A stretch of DNA of 64,000 bases, taken from NCBI GenBank assembly GCA_025201805.1, contig MU619250.1, forward strand, positions 86,425 to 150,424, read 5' to 3'. Below the pieces are notes generated by a model. That model was not told where the DNA came from and did no database searches. It saw nothing but the letters and a program-made list of their open reading frames with translations. Position numbers and translations under genes: made by a program. This DNA is from Parasitella parasitica NRRL 2501. Lineage: Eukaryota; Fungi; Mucoromycota. Of the stretch, positions 29,601 to 42,890 are shown one piece after another; the first letter of the stretch is position 1, and each line of letters starts with the position of its first letter.

Positions 29601-30110
29601 GAGTTCTTCGAGCATCAACTCTCACTCCTAACTGAAGGCAACGATACAATCACTCTCGGTAAGTACTTGAAGCTCTCTTTTTTAAAATAGCATACTATTT
29701 ACTTAGAAAACTCATGTTTGTTTATAGCTCTATACAATGGTCTACCTAAATCTGAATTCAGTGAACTTGAGGCAAGGTTAACTGACGATACCAGGATTTC
29801 TCATAGCCACACATACCACATTTCTTTGGCTGATTTGGTCTTGAGTGAGAACAAAACTTTCAAAATTCGTACCTACCCTGGCTGTTCTGTTATTGAACTT
29901 ATTTTCGAGAATGCCATATATCGCCTTATAGGCCTCGAGGCTGTGAAAGTAGGCTCTCCAAAGAATGAGACAGTTCACTATTTGTCCACAGAAGAACACA
30001 ATGCTCGCCAAGAAGAAAAACAAAAGGCTCGCCAAGAAGAAAAACAGCAAGATAGAGGTTCTACAAAATTGTCTCGTTTCTTTTCAAGCCTTCTTCAACA
30101 CGATTCGTAA
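26652..30110 (+). CDS. Hsp70-like (HSPA12-type, actin-fold) protein with two tandem nucleotide-binding-like domains, ~7 introns
   Basis: Domain 2: ISI|DFGT, FCFSYPSVWS, MRQAVTVSGI, LMIPEAEAVAI, ICDLGGGTSD, CGSHLLDKNF, FSGGLS, VVTGAAM. Domain 1 is degenerate: IVYVGDS, YCFVL, LRIALDTSGF, ILSDVEAAA. TATA-like GTATAAAA at ~26575. Confidence 0.85.
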
Positions 30111-30499
30111 ATATTTATGAACCATTTCATATTATGCAAATTATGCTCATCCTATGCCATTCCCCGATCTATTATGCCGTTATTTAAGCTTATTCAATCA
30201 TATTTTACTTACAGTGTATGTCCCGTCGCCAGATATTACACTTATTCGTGCTATGAACAACTATGCTTCTATTTTTGCTTACGTCCATATGAATATATGC
30301 ATGCTTTAAATATTTTTAATTAAATCCATTATCAATACCCCCCCCATTTATTCTATGCAACAGCAATTGAGAGAAATTTTGATTTGCACACACGTTGTTA
30401 ATGCTCTACATGTATGCTTGGGCTAGGGTCTAGTAGAAGAAAACAATTATTTGAGAGTCTCTTGAGTATCCTGTTTACTAGTTTATATCAAAAAAACAA

Positions 30500-31369
30500 C
30501 TAATTCAACTTAATGTTGTATAAATCTACAATCTGCTTAAACGCCCAAGCACCAAGAGCAGCATGAACTTCCTTTGAAGGATGGTAGGAGTCCCAAAAGA
30601 AATGCTTTTCAGGATCACTACAAGCAGTAGTGTTGCCAATGCCCCAAGCACATGGACCATTCGAGTTTGACTGGCCAACAGATTCAGGATGAGCCAGCTT
30701 ATCTTCCATCCAACCATGAATATCCAGAAATTTAATAGTGGCGTTAGGGAGAGCCTTGGGGGTCATTTCCTTTACCAAGGCATTAAAATCGACAACCATC
30801 TGACCTACCTGTTCCTTTTCGCTTTCAGGAATGACAGGCCATTTATCGAAAGGAGAAAGATTGATAATGAGAAAGTTCTTGGCACCGTACAGGTCTACCA
30901 AAAGTTTAGTGCCCTTGACGAAATTGGCAGCAGCAGCCTCCTTCGTGTAGTTCTTATTGACAACATTATATTGATCAGGGCGTGCGATAGAAATCATGTC
31001 ATTATGGCCATGGAAAAGAAGATATAAATCATCTGAAGTGCCATTAACAAACGTTGTCAATACTTGCTGTATAAAGCCAGGGACGATCCAGCCATTGAAC
31101 TCTGAATAGACGTCAGCGTTATTGAGAGTTGCACCGCCATTACATACATTGACAATTTCGATGCCTGTCAGATTCTCGTTGACATGCTCTAGCCATGTAG
31201 GACCGTTTGAGAAACGACCTTCCCAGTAAGGCGGTGCAGGTGGGAATTTGCTGTGAAGATAGTCGTTGCCGTTGTCAGAATAACTGTCACCGTATGCAAT
31301 AATCTTGTCAAAGGCAGAGACAGTTGTAGCTGTTAAAGTAAGGAAAAGGACTATCGTGGAGAGTTTCAT
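30500..31369 (-). CDS. Secreted GDSL/SGNH esterase-lipase, intronless
   Basis: Signal peptide MKLSTIVLFLTLTATTVSA; block I YGDSYSD, GRFSNGPTW, block II GGAT, block III GHND, block V FWDSYHP. Confidence 0.95.
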   Translation of the reverse strand: MKLSTIVLFLTLTATTVSAFDKIIAYGDSYSDNGNDYLHSKFPPAPPYWEGRFSNGPTWLEHVNENLTGIEIVNVCNGGATLNNADVYSEFNGWIVPGFIQQVLTTFVNGTSDDLYLLFHGHNDMISIARPDQYNVVNKNYTKEAAAANFVKGTKLLVDLYGAKNFLIINLSPFDKWPVIPESEKEQVGQMVVDFNALVKEMTPKALPNATIKFLDIHGWMEDKLAHPESVGQSNSNGPCAWGIGNTTACSDPEKHFFWDSYHPSKEVHAALGAWAFKQIVDLYNIKLN

Positions 31370-31784
31370 GTTAAACACGAGAGATGAGGGTACTTGCCCG
31401 ACATTTGAATTTTATCTCTCTTTATATACTGATGGCATTCACAGCCTATACCAAGGGTCAATCCTGAACCAAATTAATAATACACCGAGTATGATATTTA
31501 TTGTGTCAAGTATGCCTTGTTAGTTTGAAGCTTGTGTATTCCCGATATTTAGTCATGATAGAACCACAGAAGGCAATTTGCAGTTAATATTGTCTCTATA
31601 TACTGATTGTTGTTACTATCAGCAGCAATTTATTCGCACTTGTACTCGACTGCTTGACCGCATACAACACATCACGAATATACCGCCGCAAACATTTAAA
31701 CGATACAAAGTGTCGGTAAAAGATCAGTGATAATAAACGATAAGTGTATATGACCAACGTTTTGCTTTTATTTTTTTCATGGAA

Positions 31785-32858
31785 TTATCGAGTGTAAATA
31801 TCCGCATCAACAGACCAAAGATCACTCAGGTGTTTCGGCTGCAAGTTATCCAAGAAATGCTGTCTCCATCCCTTGATGAAACTCTCTAGATCTGGCCACG
31901 TTTCTTGACCCTTACTATTTAAAACACATTTGCTTGTTAGTTGGTTGATTACACTTTGCCCGTGTTCAACGTAATCAGGACCTTTAAAGTGGTCAACCAG
32001 TTCACTGCACTCTTTCAATATGTCGTGCAAATTGTCGCCCTTGTACTGCTTCTTGTCGTATTCTTTCCAGAAATCTAGTATTGTGGTTTTAAGAAGTTCC
32101 TGCCTGTCTAGCGGTATCTTATCTGATGATCGTAGTAACGCAGATGCTGCTTTTTTTGCTTGTTTGTACTCTGGAAAGGTGCACCAACCACTGCCTTCCA
32201 AAGGTATGTTGAACCTCTTGACACCCGCTTTCTTGAGCCTCGTTGCCTTTTGCTCGTATGCATCATGGCAATTTTTGCATAATAGTAGCAGATCTCGACT
32301 CTATTTTGGTTTTCATGAAGAATCAGTTATAATGTGTAGCCTTGATTCATGGTAGATGGGTTCATTTACTGATTTCGATTTCACCACTAACGGCATCCAA
32401 TGCCTATACATTTCTGGCACTATTTTATAATATTAAGATTAGCATCCACGAGTATTAAAAAAAAAGTGCTATATGCCTCTGCTGTTTTATTTACCAACGT
32501 GATGCATGGTAAGATATTCGCTTCCTCCGCAAGAAACGCATATATTGGATCTATCTTCAACCATATAATCTCCCTGATTATGTCCATCGCCCTTTGCTTC
32601 AAAATTGAGCTTTATTGCTCTTTCTTCGTTGGGTAACACCATCGCTAACTTCTTTTCCAAGTACCAGCGTGCTTTCTTTCTACAATATATATGTTGTGAT
32701 ATCAGCAGCAAACCCAAGTTTTACTTGACATGATGTAGCTTATTTTACTCGTTGCAGCGAAACATGAGTTTATGATGCCTTGAATAAACTTTCCAATTTT
32801 CGTAAATGATATTGGACTTTTTGCTAGGCATAAATACTTGTTTCTCTTCGCGTGGCAT
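31785..32858 (-). CDS. Stand-alone EXD2 C-terminal-type HNH/zinc-binding domain protein
   Basis: Spliced MPREEK...IYENWKVYS...LMFRC, KKARWYLEKKLA, IKLNFE, NICVSCG, LTMHHV|VPEMYR, SRDLLLLCKNCHDAYE, HGQSV and FIKGWRQHFLDNLQPKHL resemble the EXD2 C-terminal domain. Confidence 0.82.
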
Positions 32859-33075
32859 TTTTGCCTGGTCTTTTTTTTTTTTTTTTTGGAGTTAATTTGG
32901 AGGAAGGGCACAAACTAATCAGAAAGTTTTTTTTTTTTTCTTGCGGCAAATCAATGCAACTTGAAGCATGTTCCTGCTGTCAATTTTGACATTTTCACTC
33001 TTCTCGGTGCAAACAAATGCAAGTGTTCATAACGAATATACAATAAATTTTATTATCAAAATGCTATATTTTCCG

Positions 33076-35872
33076 TTACTTGACCAATTCTAATTTATCT
33101 GCACACTTTTTTAAAATCTCTTCAGTTTTAATACCAACATTTGCAACATCCTTTGCCACAGATTGCCAACATTCTCCATGACGGGGTTCAGCCGCCACAC
33201 ACCGCTTTATAACAACCTCTTGCTGCTCCTTTGTGCCATGTTGCAACTCGAATTTATACCACCAAGCAAACGAATCGCCTTGATCTGGGTCAATTTGAAT
33301 GGCTTTTTGAAACCAATTTCTCGCCTTTTCAATTTTACGATCTGTCCAGAATAACCTTGCTACGGCGGCCACGACTATAGGATCATGCTCACACCTTTTA
33401 AGTGCGTCCACACTACGAGCCTTTCTTTGTGGCCTAGCTTCCATAAAGATGGCCTCTGTCCATATGGCACCGGATGTAGGACATTCCTGCAATGCTTTCG
33501 CCGCTAGTGATTTGGCTACTGCTAGGTTATTGTTTCTCTTTTCAATACGGATGGCCTCCACCCAGAGTTCAGGTGCTTTGGGGTTCATGAAACGGCCCTT
33601 TTCAAGAGTAGCGCGGGCCTTTGTCAGCATCCCTAGCTTCTCTTCCAACAGTGCGAGTAAAACCCACAGTATGACGCTCTTGGGACAGCTCTTGACGGCC
33701 TTGTTGTAGACTTCACGAGCTTTGGGTAAATTGCCTTGAGATTCTTCAATCTGCCCCTTTATCATCCATAATTTATCAAACGTAGGAAACTTTTCTAATG
33801 CAACATCCAGCAAAGCATTACATTGGTCATAATTCTTCATTTGTCGTTCCAGCATGACAGACTTCATCCAAACACGTTCAGTGCCTGATTCGTTTCTAGC
33901 CAATTCCAGCAGCTTCCTTGCACGATCATATTCATCATTTTCACTCTCGACCTTGACAGCTGCAAGCCAAATTTGCTCACTGTTGGGATTGGCTCTGAAG
34001 GCCTCTTCCAGAATAGTACGAGCACTCTCCACATCACCGGCAAGCCATTTCTCTTTTGCACCCATGAGCCAAAGCACTTCGGCTTGAGGGCAGTATTTGA
34101 CAGCACGCTGTAGTAACTCTTCCAAACTCTCAGATGTGCCGTGGCTTTTCTCAAGGTAGGCAGCCTGCTGCCAGATGGAGGGCTTGCCGGGGAACTCTTT
34201 GAGGGCATGTGCGTAAATTGCACGAGCAGTCTGGATGGCGCCATGAGCAATAGAGCTTTCGGCATCCTCCATCCACGTCGACTTTCTGTCTTCATCCTCG
34301 ATACCCATGCCAATAGTAGCTCGGATAATGGCCTGACAAGTGAGGACAGATCCATTCTTTTCGCATTTTTCGGCCTCTTCAATCCATTGGTCACGATCTA
34401 AAAGCACTCCAGATTGAGATAATGCCTTTGCCGCAAGTGTAATAATACGATCGACCATCTCCGGCTTCCCATGTTCCTCCTGTAAACGAGCAGCAGCAAT
34501 CCAAATCTCATGGCTGGTAGGGATAGCAGCACGAGCTTTATTCAGCACCTTTTGAGCATTTTCGTACGATTCCAGACGAGCAAGAGCAAGCCATAAATCC
34601 ACACTGAGAGGCACCAACTCGACAGCACGAGATAGCAGAACCTTGGCATCGTCAGGATTTTCCTCCATATTCACAGCAGCTCTCCAAAGCTTCACCGAGT
34701 TAGGGATAAACTCCAGTGCACGACGTAACACCTTCTTTTTGGCTTTGTTATCAGTCTCCAAAGAGACAGCCTTGAGCCAGATCTTTACAGACTGCGGTAA
34801 ATGACGGACAGCGTCGCCCAAAATGATCTTTGCATTATCGACATTGTTCAGACGAGCAGCCTCGAGCCAAATGTCCTCGTTCTTGGGACACTGCTCACAT
34901 CCCTTGGCAATCGTATTTCTAGCGTGTACAGGTCTACCAGCCACTTCTTCCAAACGAGCAGCAGCAATCCAACCAGGTGCGTGTTTTGGGTTGGTCGTGA
35001 TGACGGAATTCAGCAGCAAACGAGCCTTTTTGATATCGCCAATTTCAGCATCACTTTTAACAACGACACTGTTCAAATCTGTCAAATAACCCTTGGGATC
35101 AATAGTAGTTTTACCTGATACAGAATCCGAAGACACTTGATCCAGCTTGAGGCCCAGCACTTTGTCTCTCGCTTGACCAATCTCTCGAAAGTTGGTCATC
35201 AATTCATCTCCACCTGTCAAACCTGCAGCAGCAGCAGATACAATCCCTCCCAATTTCTGCTCAGTAGCATCCAATGCATTGTCATATACAGATTTTTCTC
35301 TTGCAGCAGAAATAAGTGAGTCAGGCGCAGGCGTAAATCGTTCAGGTGCTCTGTTGCGTTTTCGGTTTTTGCCCACTAAATCGCCCACTTCGGGAATCGC
35401 AGCCCATTCAGCATCGTCGATGGATGTAAGCTGACGTTTAAGATCTGCGAATTGCTGGGATATCTTTGGTCTTTCCAATCGATATTTGGCCAATTCTTCT
35501 CGTTCACGAGCTTCTCTGCGAGCCTTGCGACGCTCGTCCATCTTTGCATCAATCATATCCCAGACACGGTCAGCTTCTTCGTCGTCCTCTTCGTACGGTG
35601 CGCTTGAAAATAAACCCACTTCATTGTCTGGATCCTGGTATCTTTCGTCATCTTCCTCCCCCTCTTTAGGCGCTACTTTAGATGGATCGCTACAAACAAA
35701 AGGTTATTACATGACAGACAAAAAGATGCTACTGGACATACGCTTCGCCGGCAGCTGACTCTCTAGCAGGACCAATATCAGAACGAGTAGTGAAGCCTGT
35801 CGCACCACGACCCAAGCCTGCGACGTAGTTGGGTGGAGCAGGCTTTCCAATGAAGTCTTTGATGCCAAACAT
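33076..35872 (-). CDS. PRP6: Pre-mRNA splicing factor Prp6 (U5-102K, HAT/TPR repeats); intron 35690-35741
   Basis: [42 protein letters not shown] and [16 protein letters not shown], followed by HAT repeats. Confidence 0.97.
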
Positions 35873-36157
35873 TGTTGGTAATGAAAAAGTTTGTGAGATG
35901 AAAGAAAGAAATGTGTGCGAGTTTTGTCCTAACCGCGTCACTGAAAAAGAAAATGAAGCATGTAGTGTGAATAGCTCTGGTGCAGTATCCTGATGCCCCC
36001 TTCACAAAATATTAGGATGACCTTTGTATCACTCATATCTTTCTCGGTTTCCTTTTTATAGAAAGCAACGTGCTTTTTTTTTAAATCAATTAATTTGATT
36101 TTCTTCTTGTTTATTTTATTTTTTATTTTTATTTTATTTTTATTTTTTCACCCACAA

Positions 36158-37094
36158 ATGTCAGGGCATAATTCCATCGACGTTTTGAGAGAAAGATATC
36201 AAAGATCTCGTATTCAACCTCAACAGCAAAACGATGATTTATTGGATGGTGAATCGAAGCAATCGTCTCTGAACCCAACTGTAGCGACTGTTTATGAAGA
36301 AGAAGAAGACGAAGCCGAGAAAGATAGAGAGGCATACAACGAGGACGACGACTGCTCGGTGTATTCATCGTCATCTAGTATCCCAGACGAGAATATCAAT
36401 TTTGATCTGGTTTATGCATTACATACATTTGTTGCAACAGTGGATGGACAAGCTTCAGTCGTCAAAGGCGATGCTATGACGTTACTAGACGATTCAAATT
36501 CATATTGGTGGTTGATTAGAGCATTGAAAGCATCAGAAGTCGGCTACATTCCAGCAGAAAACATTGAAGTATGTACCTTGTCAAAGCCAGCATGTGTGAT
36601 TTGTTTGACTGATATTTTTAGATTCTAGACGCCATTTGAGAGACTAGCTAGACTCAATAAACACAGAAACACCGAGGTATGTAAGCTGACACAACTACTT
36701 GGGCTATTATGAAGCCAATGTATATAACTGATAACCTGCTCTAGGTAGCTTCACTTGATCAGTTGCAGCACTACCAAGACACTGCACCACCTAAAAGGTT
36801 TCAAGAAATAAAAACGGTTAAAGTTTCAAGAGAACTTGCATGTCAAGTACAGATTATACTAACAGATCAAGATGACGAAAGTCTCTACCAAGAAACATTT
36901 GAAAATTGGCAAGAAGAAATGTCTGACGATTCATACAACGGCGTCTCTGCCAAAGACGACGACAGCGAAGATGACGACTACAACGACAAAGTGAAAGCGT
37001 CCAAAGGCAACAAAAAAAAGGACAATAAAAAGAAGTTTACTCCTTTATTAAATCCTGATTTTAATAAGTCGATAAATACAGTGCCAGTAGCAGA

Positions 37095-37133
<39 letters not shown>

Positions 37134-39133
37134 TCCCTGTTTAGAACCCACTATTTCCACTCCTGCTCAAACTACTGTATCTCGCCCCCCTCATTCTGCC
37201 CATGACAAGCCATTACCGCCCTCCATCATTTCAGACGAACCAACACCACCACCATCTTTAAACACGTTGGATCTATCCATTTCTGCCACAATCCCCGAAG
37301 AAGAGCCGTCATTACCAACGACCCAACAAGCTGTTGTAACTGGGTTAAAGAGGCTGCTATCTATAGGAAAAAAAAACAAGCCTGCTACACCTCAAGCATC
37401 GATATCAAATTCTGATTCCATGCATGACACGCAATATCACGTATTACGAATTTTTGCTGGAAACATTAATGTGGGTGCCCTGTTTAGCACAGTTGCTGTG
37501 ACACCAAGCATGAACGCCGACCAGTTATTGAAGCTGGCGTTGCAAAAGTTTCATATTCCATTACTCGATGGCCGATCAAACAAATCTAACGACGGTATTG
37601 AATACTATTTAACTGTCAAATCGATGGACGGTGGTAAGAATAGCGGCTTGTTGTGTGTTGTTGTAATACCAAAAAATACAAAGTTAACGCCCTCGCACTA
37701 TTGTAGATGAAATCACTCTGAGACCTCAAGATAAGCCTTTAGCCATATTTGAATCACTGAATGACCATCTGACGACACCGATGCCATCATTAACGTATAT
37801 TAAACGCCTCTCCATGGAACAACCTACAATCAAAGTTACTCGTGTTGGCGTATCCAAAGCCAGACAACGTGCTAAAGCTCGTTTTGGTGAGGACTCGGTC
37901 ATTCGATTCTCCTTGCACAAAAGAATCAAAAGGAATGTTGAAGCTAGCGGCCAAATCCATGTCAAAATATCATACTATGCCGAAAACAAAAAGCGTAATC
38001 ATCGACTGGGCCAATCAGAGAATAAAAACAAGATTTCTACAATGGGGTTGATACGAAAAAGCAGTTTACTGAGAGTTGATCAACATGTACAGCAGCAGCA
38101 ACAGCAGCAGCAGCAGCAGCAGCAACATCATCTGCAACAGCAAGCATTGCAACAAAAGGCCAAGCAAGAAAGAATTGATAAACTTGTGGCTGTCTCAACT
38201 GTAACCCCAATCTCAGATTTGAAGGTTACTGCGTTAGAAAAGTTTCACTTGATCAATGAGGACGCTTCGCTTTATTACATCTCACTTTCTGTAAATGGCC
38301 ATGGTAAGTAGTGATTTACTCTCTTTGCGATATTTTTTTCAAACTTAACTCTCTGCAGAAACGCCGCTGGATTCATCAGCGACCATTTCAGATGTTCTCG
38401 GGGAGCCAGATCTTATACCCAAATTATTCGTTTTGCGCAAAAAATCACCTCCTCTTGATTCGTCAACTGCACAGAGCACAAACGTATCTGACATGCCAAT
38501 GACAGAATCCACGAATAACCGAAGATTTATGCGCTTCCGAAAACAAGACAAGGTGAATCTTGAAACTTCAACGTCGTCATCGTCTATTACTTCAACACAA
38601 TCAAAGGAATCAAATACTAGCACCGTCTTGAGACGATTGGACCAGGCCATCCATTCTGTAGAAAACGATAAACGACAATTAGTTGAGAATCCTGTACATA
38701 TCCAACAACATCATCATCAATTAAAAGTATCGCCTGTCAGATCGAATAGTTTATCGGCAATGACCAACTATAACAGGAGACTCGATACAAACAACAACAT
38801 TCCCAACACCAAACTTGTGCCCACGCAACATTTCAGTAAGTAAATGTATATATGTTGTTTCATTATAAACATTAACTTGACGAAAACTTTACCATTCGCA
38901 TCGTAGTTGACAGTAGTCGATTACCAAAACGTTCATCGTCTCTTAGGGCAAACAGCAGTGCTTTTGGTAAACCACAAAAAAAAACTTTAGCAAATATAGA
39001 TGATCCACAAAGCGTAGGTTTTTAAATGAGTGGGCAATCGTAATTTACATTGACAATTGATACATAGGAGCCAACTCGTATTGCATCATCATCACATCAA
39101 AGCTATCCACTTCCACCTGCCCAAGGGATGTAG
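36158..39133 (+). CDS. Tea4/Bud14-like polarity protein (SH3 plus Ras-association-like domain), multi-exon
   Basis: VYALHTFVATVDGQASVVKGDAMTLLDDSNSYWWL...GYIPAENIE|TPFERLARLNKHRN is the Bud14/Tea4 SH3 signature; RA-like VLRIFAGN...ALQKFHI; poly-A and poly-Q tracts. Confidence 0.87.
37097..37133 (+). repeat. (GCA)n coding microsatellite (poly-Ala) in the Tea4-like gene
   Basis: Seen directly; a CAG/CAA poly-Gln tract also lies at ~38090-38125. Confidence 0.9.
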
Positions 39134-40979
39134 AATATATGTATATATATATCGTATAAATTATCGTGTATTGTGTATTACCCATTATTGTAACCTTTTA
39201 AGCTTTTCTAGTTGCTAATAAACTAAGTAGCCCGTACATATGCTAGTCTGATTCCATTAGCATCATCACCATGATGCAATATCTTAATAGTATGGCTTAG
39301 TTTTAGACAATAAACACAAACATTACCTTCTGCTTGACTACCAGATAAATGTACGGGTACCGTGTTTTTTCGGAAAACAGTTACTCCAAATAAACATTCG
39401 TACATAATACGACGCATAGTACTAAGAGTGCAATCTAGGTTGTGGAATACAGAAAAGCTTCCACAATCTTCTCCCAGTTGTTCACATGTAAGGATGACTT
39501 TTCTATCCAGATTGATTAGCAAAAAGCTGTAATTTTGACTGTATTCGAGAGAGAAAAAGTACATCAAAGTGCCATATCTTGCGTGAATCAAGTCCATGTA
39601 CCACCAAACTTTTATGCAGTACTCGCCTACGTTATCTCTACTCCTCCGTACAGTTTGTTAACAGCGACTCTTCAAAAAAGATCCTAATTTTAATATTATG
39701 AGAAGCTGGCAATTATATTTAATTCAAAGTGTCCTTGCTACTTCATTCAGGCAGAAGACAAATATAACATCTTTTGGTTTCTTCAATGACTTCCCCTAGG
39801 AACAAAGGATGATGCAGCGGGAAGTGGGAAGAGTAACGCGAAAGCATTCGAGAAGAAGTGCAGTTTAAAAGAAACCACTGCGGGAAATTCTATTCTCAAT
39901 AAACATGATCTGATTTGTAAAGAGAAAGACCTTAAAACCTTTATGATGTATCCTTTGGGCGATATGTTTATCAAAAGTTATTCAATTTTTATCATATATA
40001 TATCACATATTTGCTCATAACCTGTGCTAAAATGACCTTAGAACCGGGATCTAACTTGGAAAACTTAGCATTAACTTGGCGCCATTTGGCAACAACAATT
40101 GCGTCCATGTTCTCATTGATATCTATAAAATTATCAGATGTTATCACAAATTTTTACATATCAGAATTGCATATAATCGCTGTTAGACTGCGATAAAGAG
40201 CAAATCAAAGCCTGTCTTAAGCGCTGATTTATCGGGAAAGTTCAATAGAAATTAATCAGGTAAAGATATCCGTTTATTACATTCAAAAATAGAGGGTTTA
40301 TATATTTTCTATGAACTGAGGGAAGCGATGAAGTGAAGATGAAGGTTTTAGTGATGAAATCCGGGAGATAGGGTAAATTGTCTCTATCCCAAATTTCATG
40401 TCAGATTATTTTATGATCTGATGTTTTACTCTTCAGTATGAGTTTATATTATATTGACATCCGGTCTTAGCATTGATACATCATGCACCATCAAATCAGG
40501 CATGATCATCTCTTATCTATGTGTCTTTCCATAATGATCAGCAAAAAGCCGTGATTTTGATTGTATTCGGGTGGGAAAAACTAGATTAAATACCCCATAT
40601 CTTGCGTCGAGAACCAAGTCCTCCATATTTTATATCTGCAATGGAAGTGTATAGCTAAAAGCGCATAACTGAAAAAATAAGACTGACTCAATCATGCTGT
40701 TCTCTAATAAGGTACAATTCTAGGGTCAATTTGTTGTAAAAAACACTCTTGGTCCAATTAAGCATTCATGTTGTATAAGTTTGTTTTACATTAGGTTTAA
40801 CATCTTTCGAGTTTCTTTTATGTAGTAAATCTTTATGTTTTCTACTTCGGCCACACAAACTCTGTTTTGACAGTGGTCAAAGTATCTTCCAACTGTTTAC
40901 AGGGACGGTTTTTCTCTTGCTTAAAAAATATCCTGAAGCAAATTTTATCAGTTTACATCAAGATAAAATAAAATAAAAT

Positions 40980-41688
40980 ATGGGTAGTAAGAATGAGAAG
41001 AAGCTAAAGAATCCAGAAAAGGCACTAGAAAAGAAGGTAATTGGGTTATCACTGGATTTATATCGTTCCTTTTATTTACAAGTCTTTAGGAGAAAAAAGC
41101 AAAGAAAGAAAAGAAGGAAAAGCTCAATGTAACAGAGAAAAAGAGTCAAAAAGACAAGAAAGACCATGAAGACAAAAAAGACAAAAAGGAGAAAAAGGAG
41201 AAAAAGGAGAAAAAAAACAAGAAGGAGAAAAAGGAAAGAAAGAGAAAGCATAGTGAAAGCGAAAGTGAAGAGGAATTTGTTATTCATAAGAGGAACAAAG
41301 TTGCAAATCCTGTTGTCGAATCAATAACGGTAGATCTTTATTTTTGTTATCTTTGCAGACATACTCTAACTCTTTCAACCAGCCGCAGGCAACCGCTGTG
41401 GCAACCACAGGCTGGAATGATTGGAGTAAAGCGGCTTTTGATGGTGACAATGCAAAAAAAGACAAGTTTATGAGATTGTTAGGAGCCAAAAAAAGTGCAC
41501 AAGCAACAACACAAGCATTTGTACCTGCCAAAAAAGCAGGTGGAGGTCTTTATGGTAGCCTTAAAAGTGCAATTGACGAAGACGAGAAAAAGCGTATTTC
41601 AAACGATTTAGAAAAGCAGTTTGACCATGGCCTACAGTTCAGAAAACAAATGCAAATGGGTCGTCGTGGTGGATTAGGATTTAATTAG
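40980..41688 (+). CDS. Lysine-rich protein with C-terminal SMAP (small acidic protein) domain; 2 introns (second 41330-41382)
   Basis: KEK-repeat region, then GWNDWSKAAFDGDNAKKDKFMRLLGAKK...DLEKQF...RGGLGF*. Confidence 0.8.
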
Positions 41689-41765
41689 AGTAAAAAGGCA
41701 AAAGAAGCTTCTTTTTTTTTTATATATTTATAAATCCCAGTGGGATCTTTTTGTTATATAATAAA

Positions 41766-42890
41766 TTATGCAGACTTGGCAACAGCTAGGGAAAGAAACA
41801 TTGTTGATTAGAAAATTATCAAATAGATCGCTGCAAAACTTACATTGGATGTCAAGAATAGCTTGATCCAAGATTTCTTGTTGAATTTTGGGGTCTTGCA
41901 ATTGCTTATTAACCTTCTCAATCAAATAAGCAGCCAATTGCTTTTGCTCACGTTCGCGAAGACTAGTTTCATGACGAACCCAAGAATCCAAAGTGGACTT
42001 AACTTCAGAGGCAACAGATACTTGCTGCTTCAATTCAAATGCTTGAGCTTCTAATTGAGCAGTTTCGCGAGAAAGTTCAAAAAGAGCCTTGGTTACATCG
42101 ACAAGATCTTTCATTTGACCAACTTCATCAATACGCTCTTGAACAGCGCTCTTGTGATCATCACGAGCTTGAACCAAGATGTTCTTAATACGCTATAATC
42201 TCATATAATCAATACTCTGTTTTTTCTTCCAGCGTTCCATTTAACGTAAACTCACGTCAATATGTTCGTTAGCCATGTTGGTAAAAGGCTCCCTGAGATA
42301 CTTCAAGAGGACACCAAGAAGACCAGCAGAGGCAACCAAAACCAAAGTTTCTTCGTTCAAAACATAGATTTCCTTGGAGATCAAGAAAGCAGACAAGCCA
42401 GTAGCAGCAGTAATGTACCCAGTCTTTGAGATAATCGAGTTGCCGGGAAGAGAGTCGATGAAGCTGTTGGCTTTTGCCTTAGGCTCCTCTATGTAAATAT
42501 CAAGTGTCAATAATGTTTCTGGATTATGTATTGTTTCTTCTATCTTTTTCTGGTTATTTCTATCTAAATATCACCCAAATATGAATTTATCTAAATTCTA
42601 TCCATCTCTCATTCTATAAGCTCTAAATATGGCATAACAAGTACCTTCAGTCTTTGAGGTAAAACTACGAATACTATCAAGTATCCAAATCAATTAGTTT
42701 TCGACATAAATAAAGTGATATAAATTACATACGCAGAGGCACGAACAGTCTGGCGAGGAGCGGCAGCAATAGTGGGACGAACAGCAGCGGCTAGATACCA
42801 AAAATTAGCAAACAATTGACAGCGTCCACAAAAAAAAAAAAAAAAAAAGAAACTACCTGCAACGTTCTTGGTCAATAATCTAAGAGCCAT
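41766..42890 (-). CDS. ATP4: Mitochondrial ATP synthase subunit b (subunit 4), multi-exon
   Basis: Transit peptide MALRLLTKNVA; EPKAKANSFIDSLPGNSIISKTG, ISKEIYVLNEET and LDSWVRHE...REREQKQLA. Confidence 0.96.

Noticed and set aside
39200-40900. 1.7-kb gene-free interval with short ORFs (e.g. 39223-39597)
   Set aside because: No recognisable domain or coherent splice pattern; may be decayed TE but unsupported.
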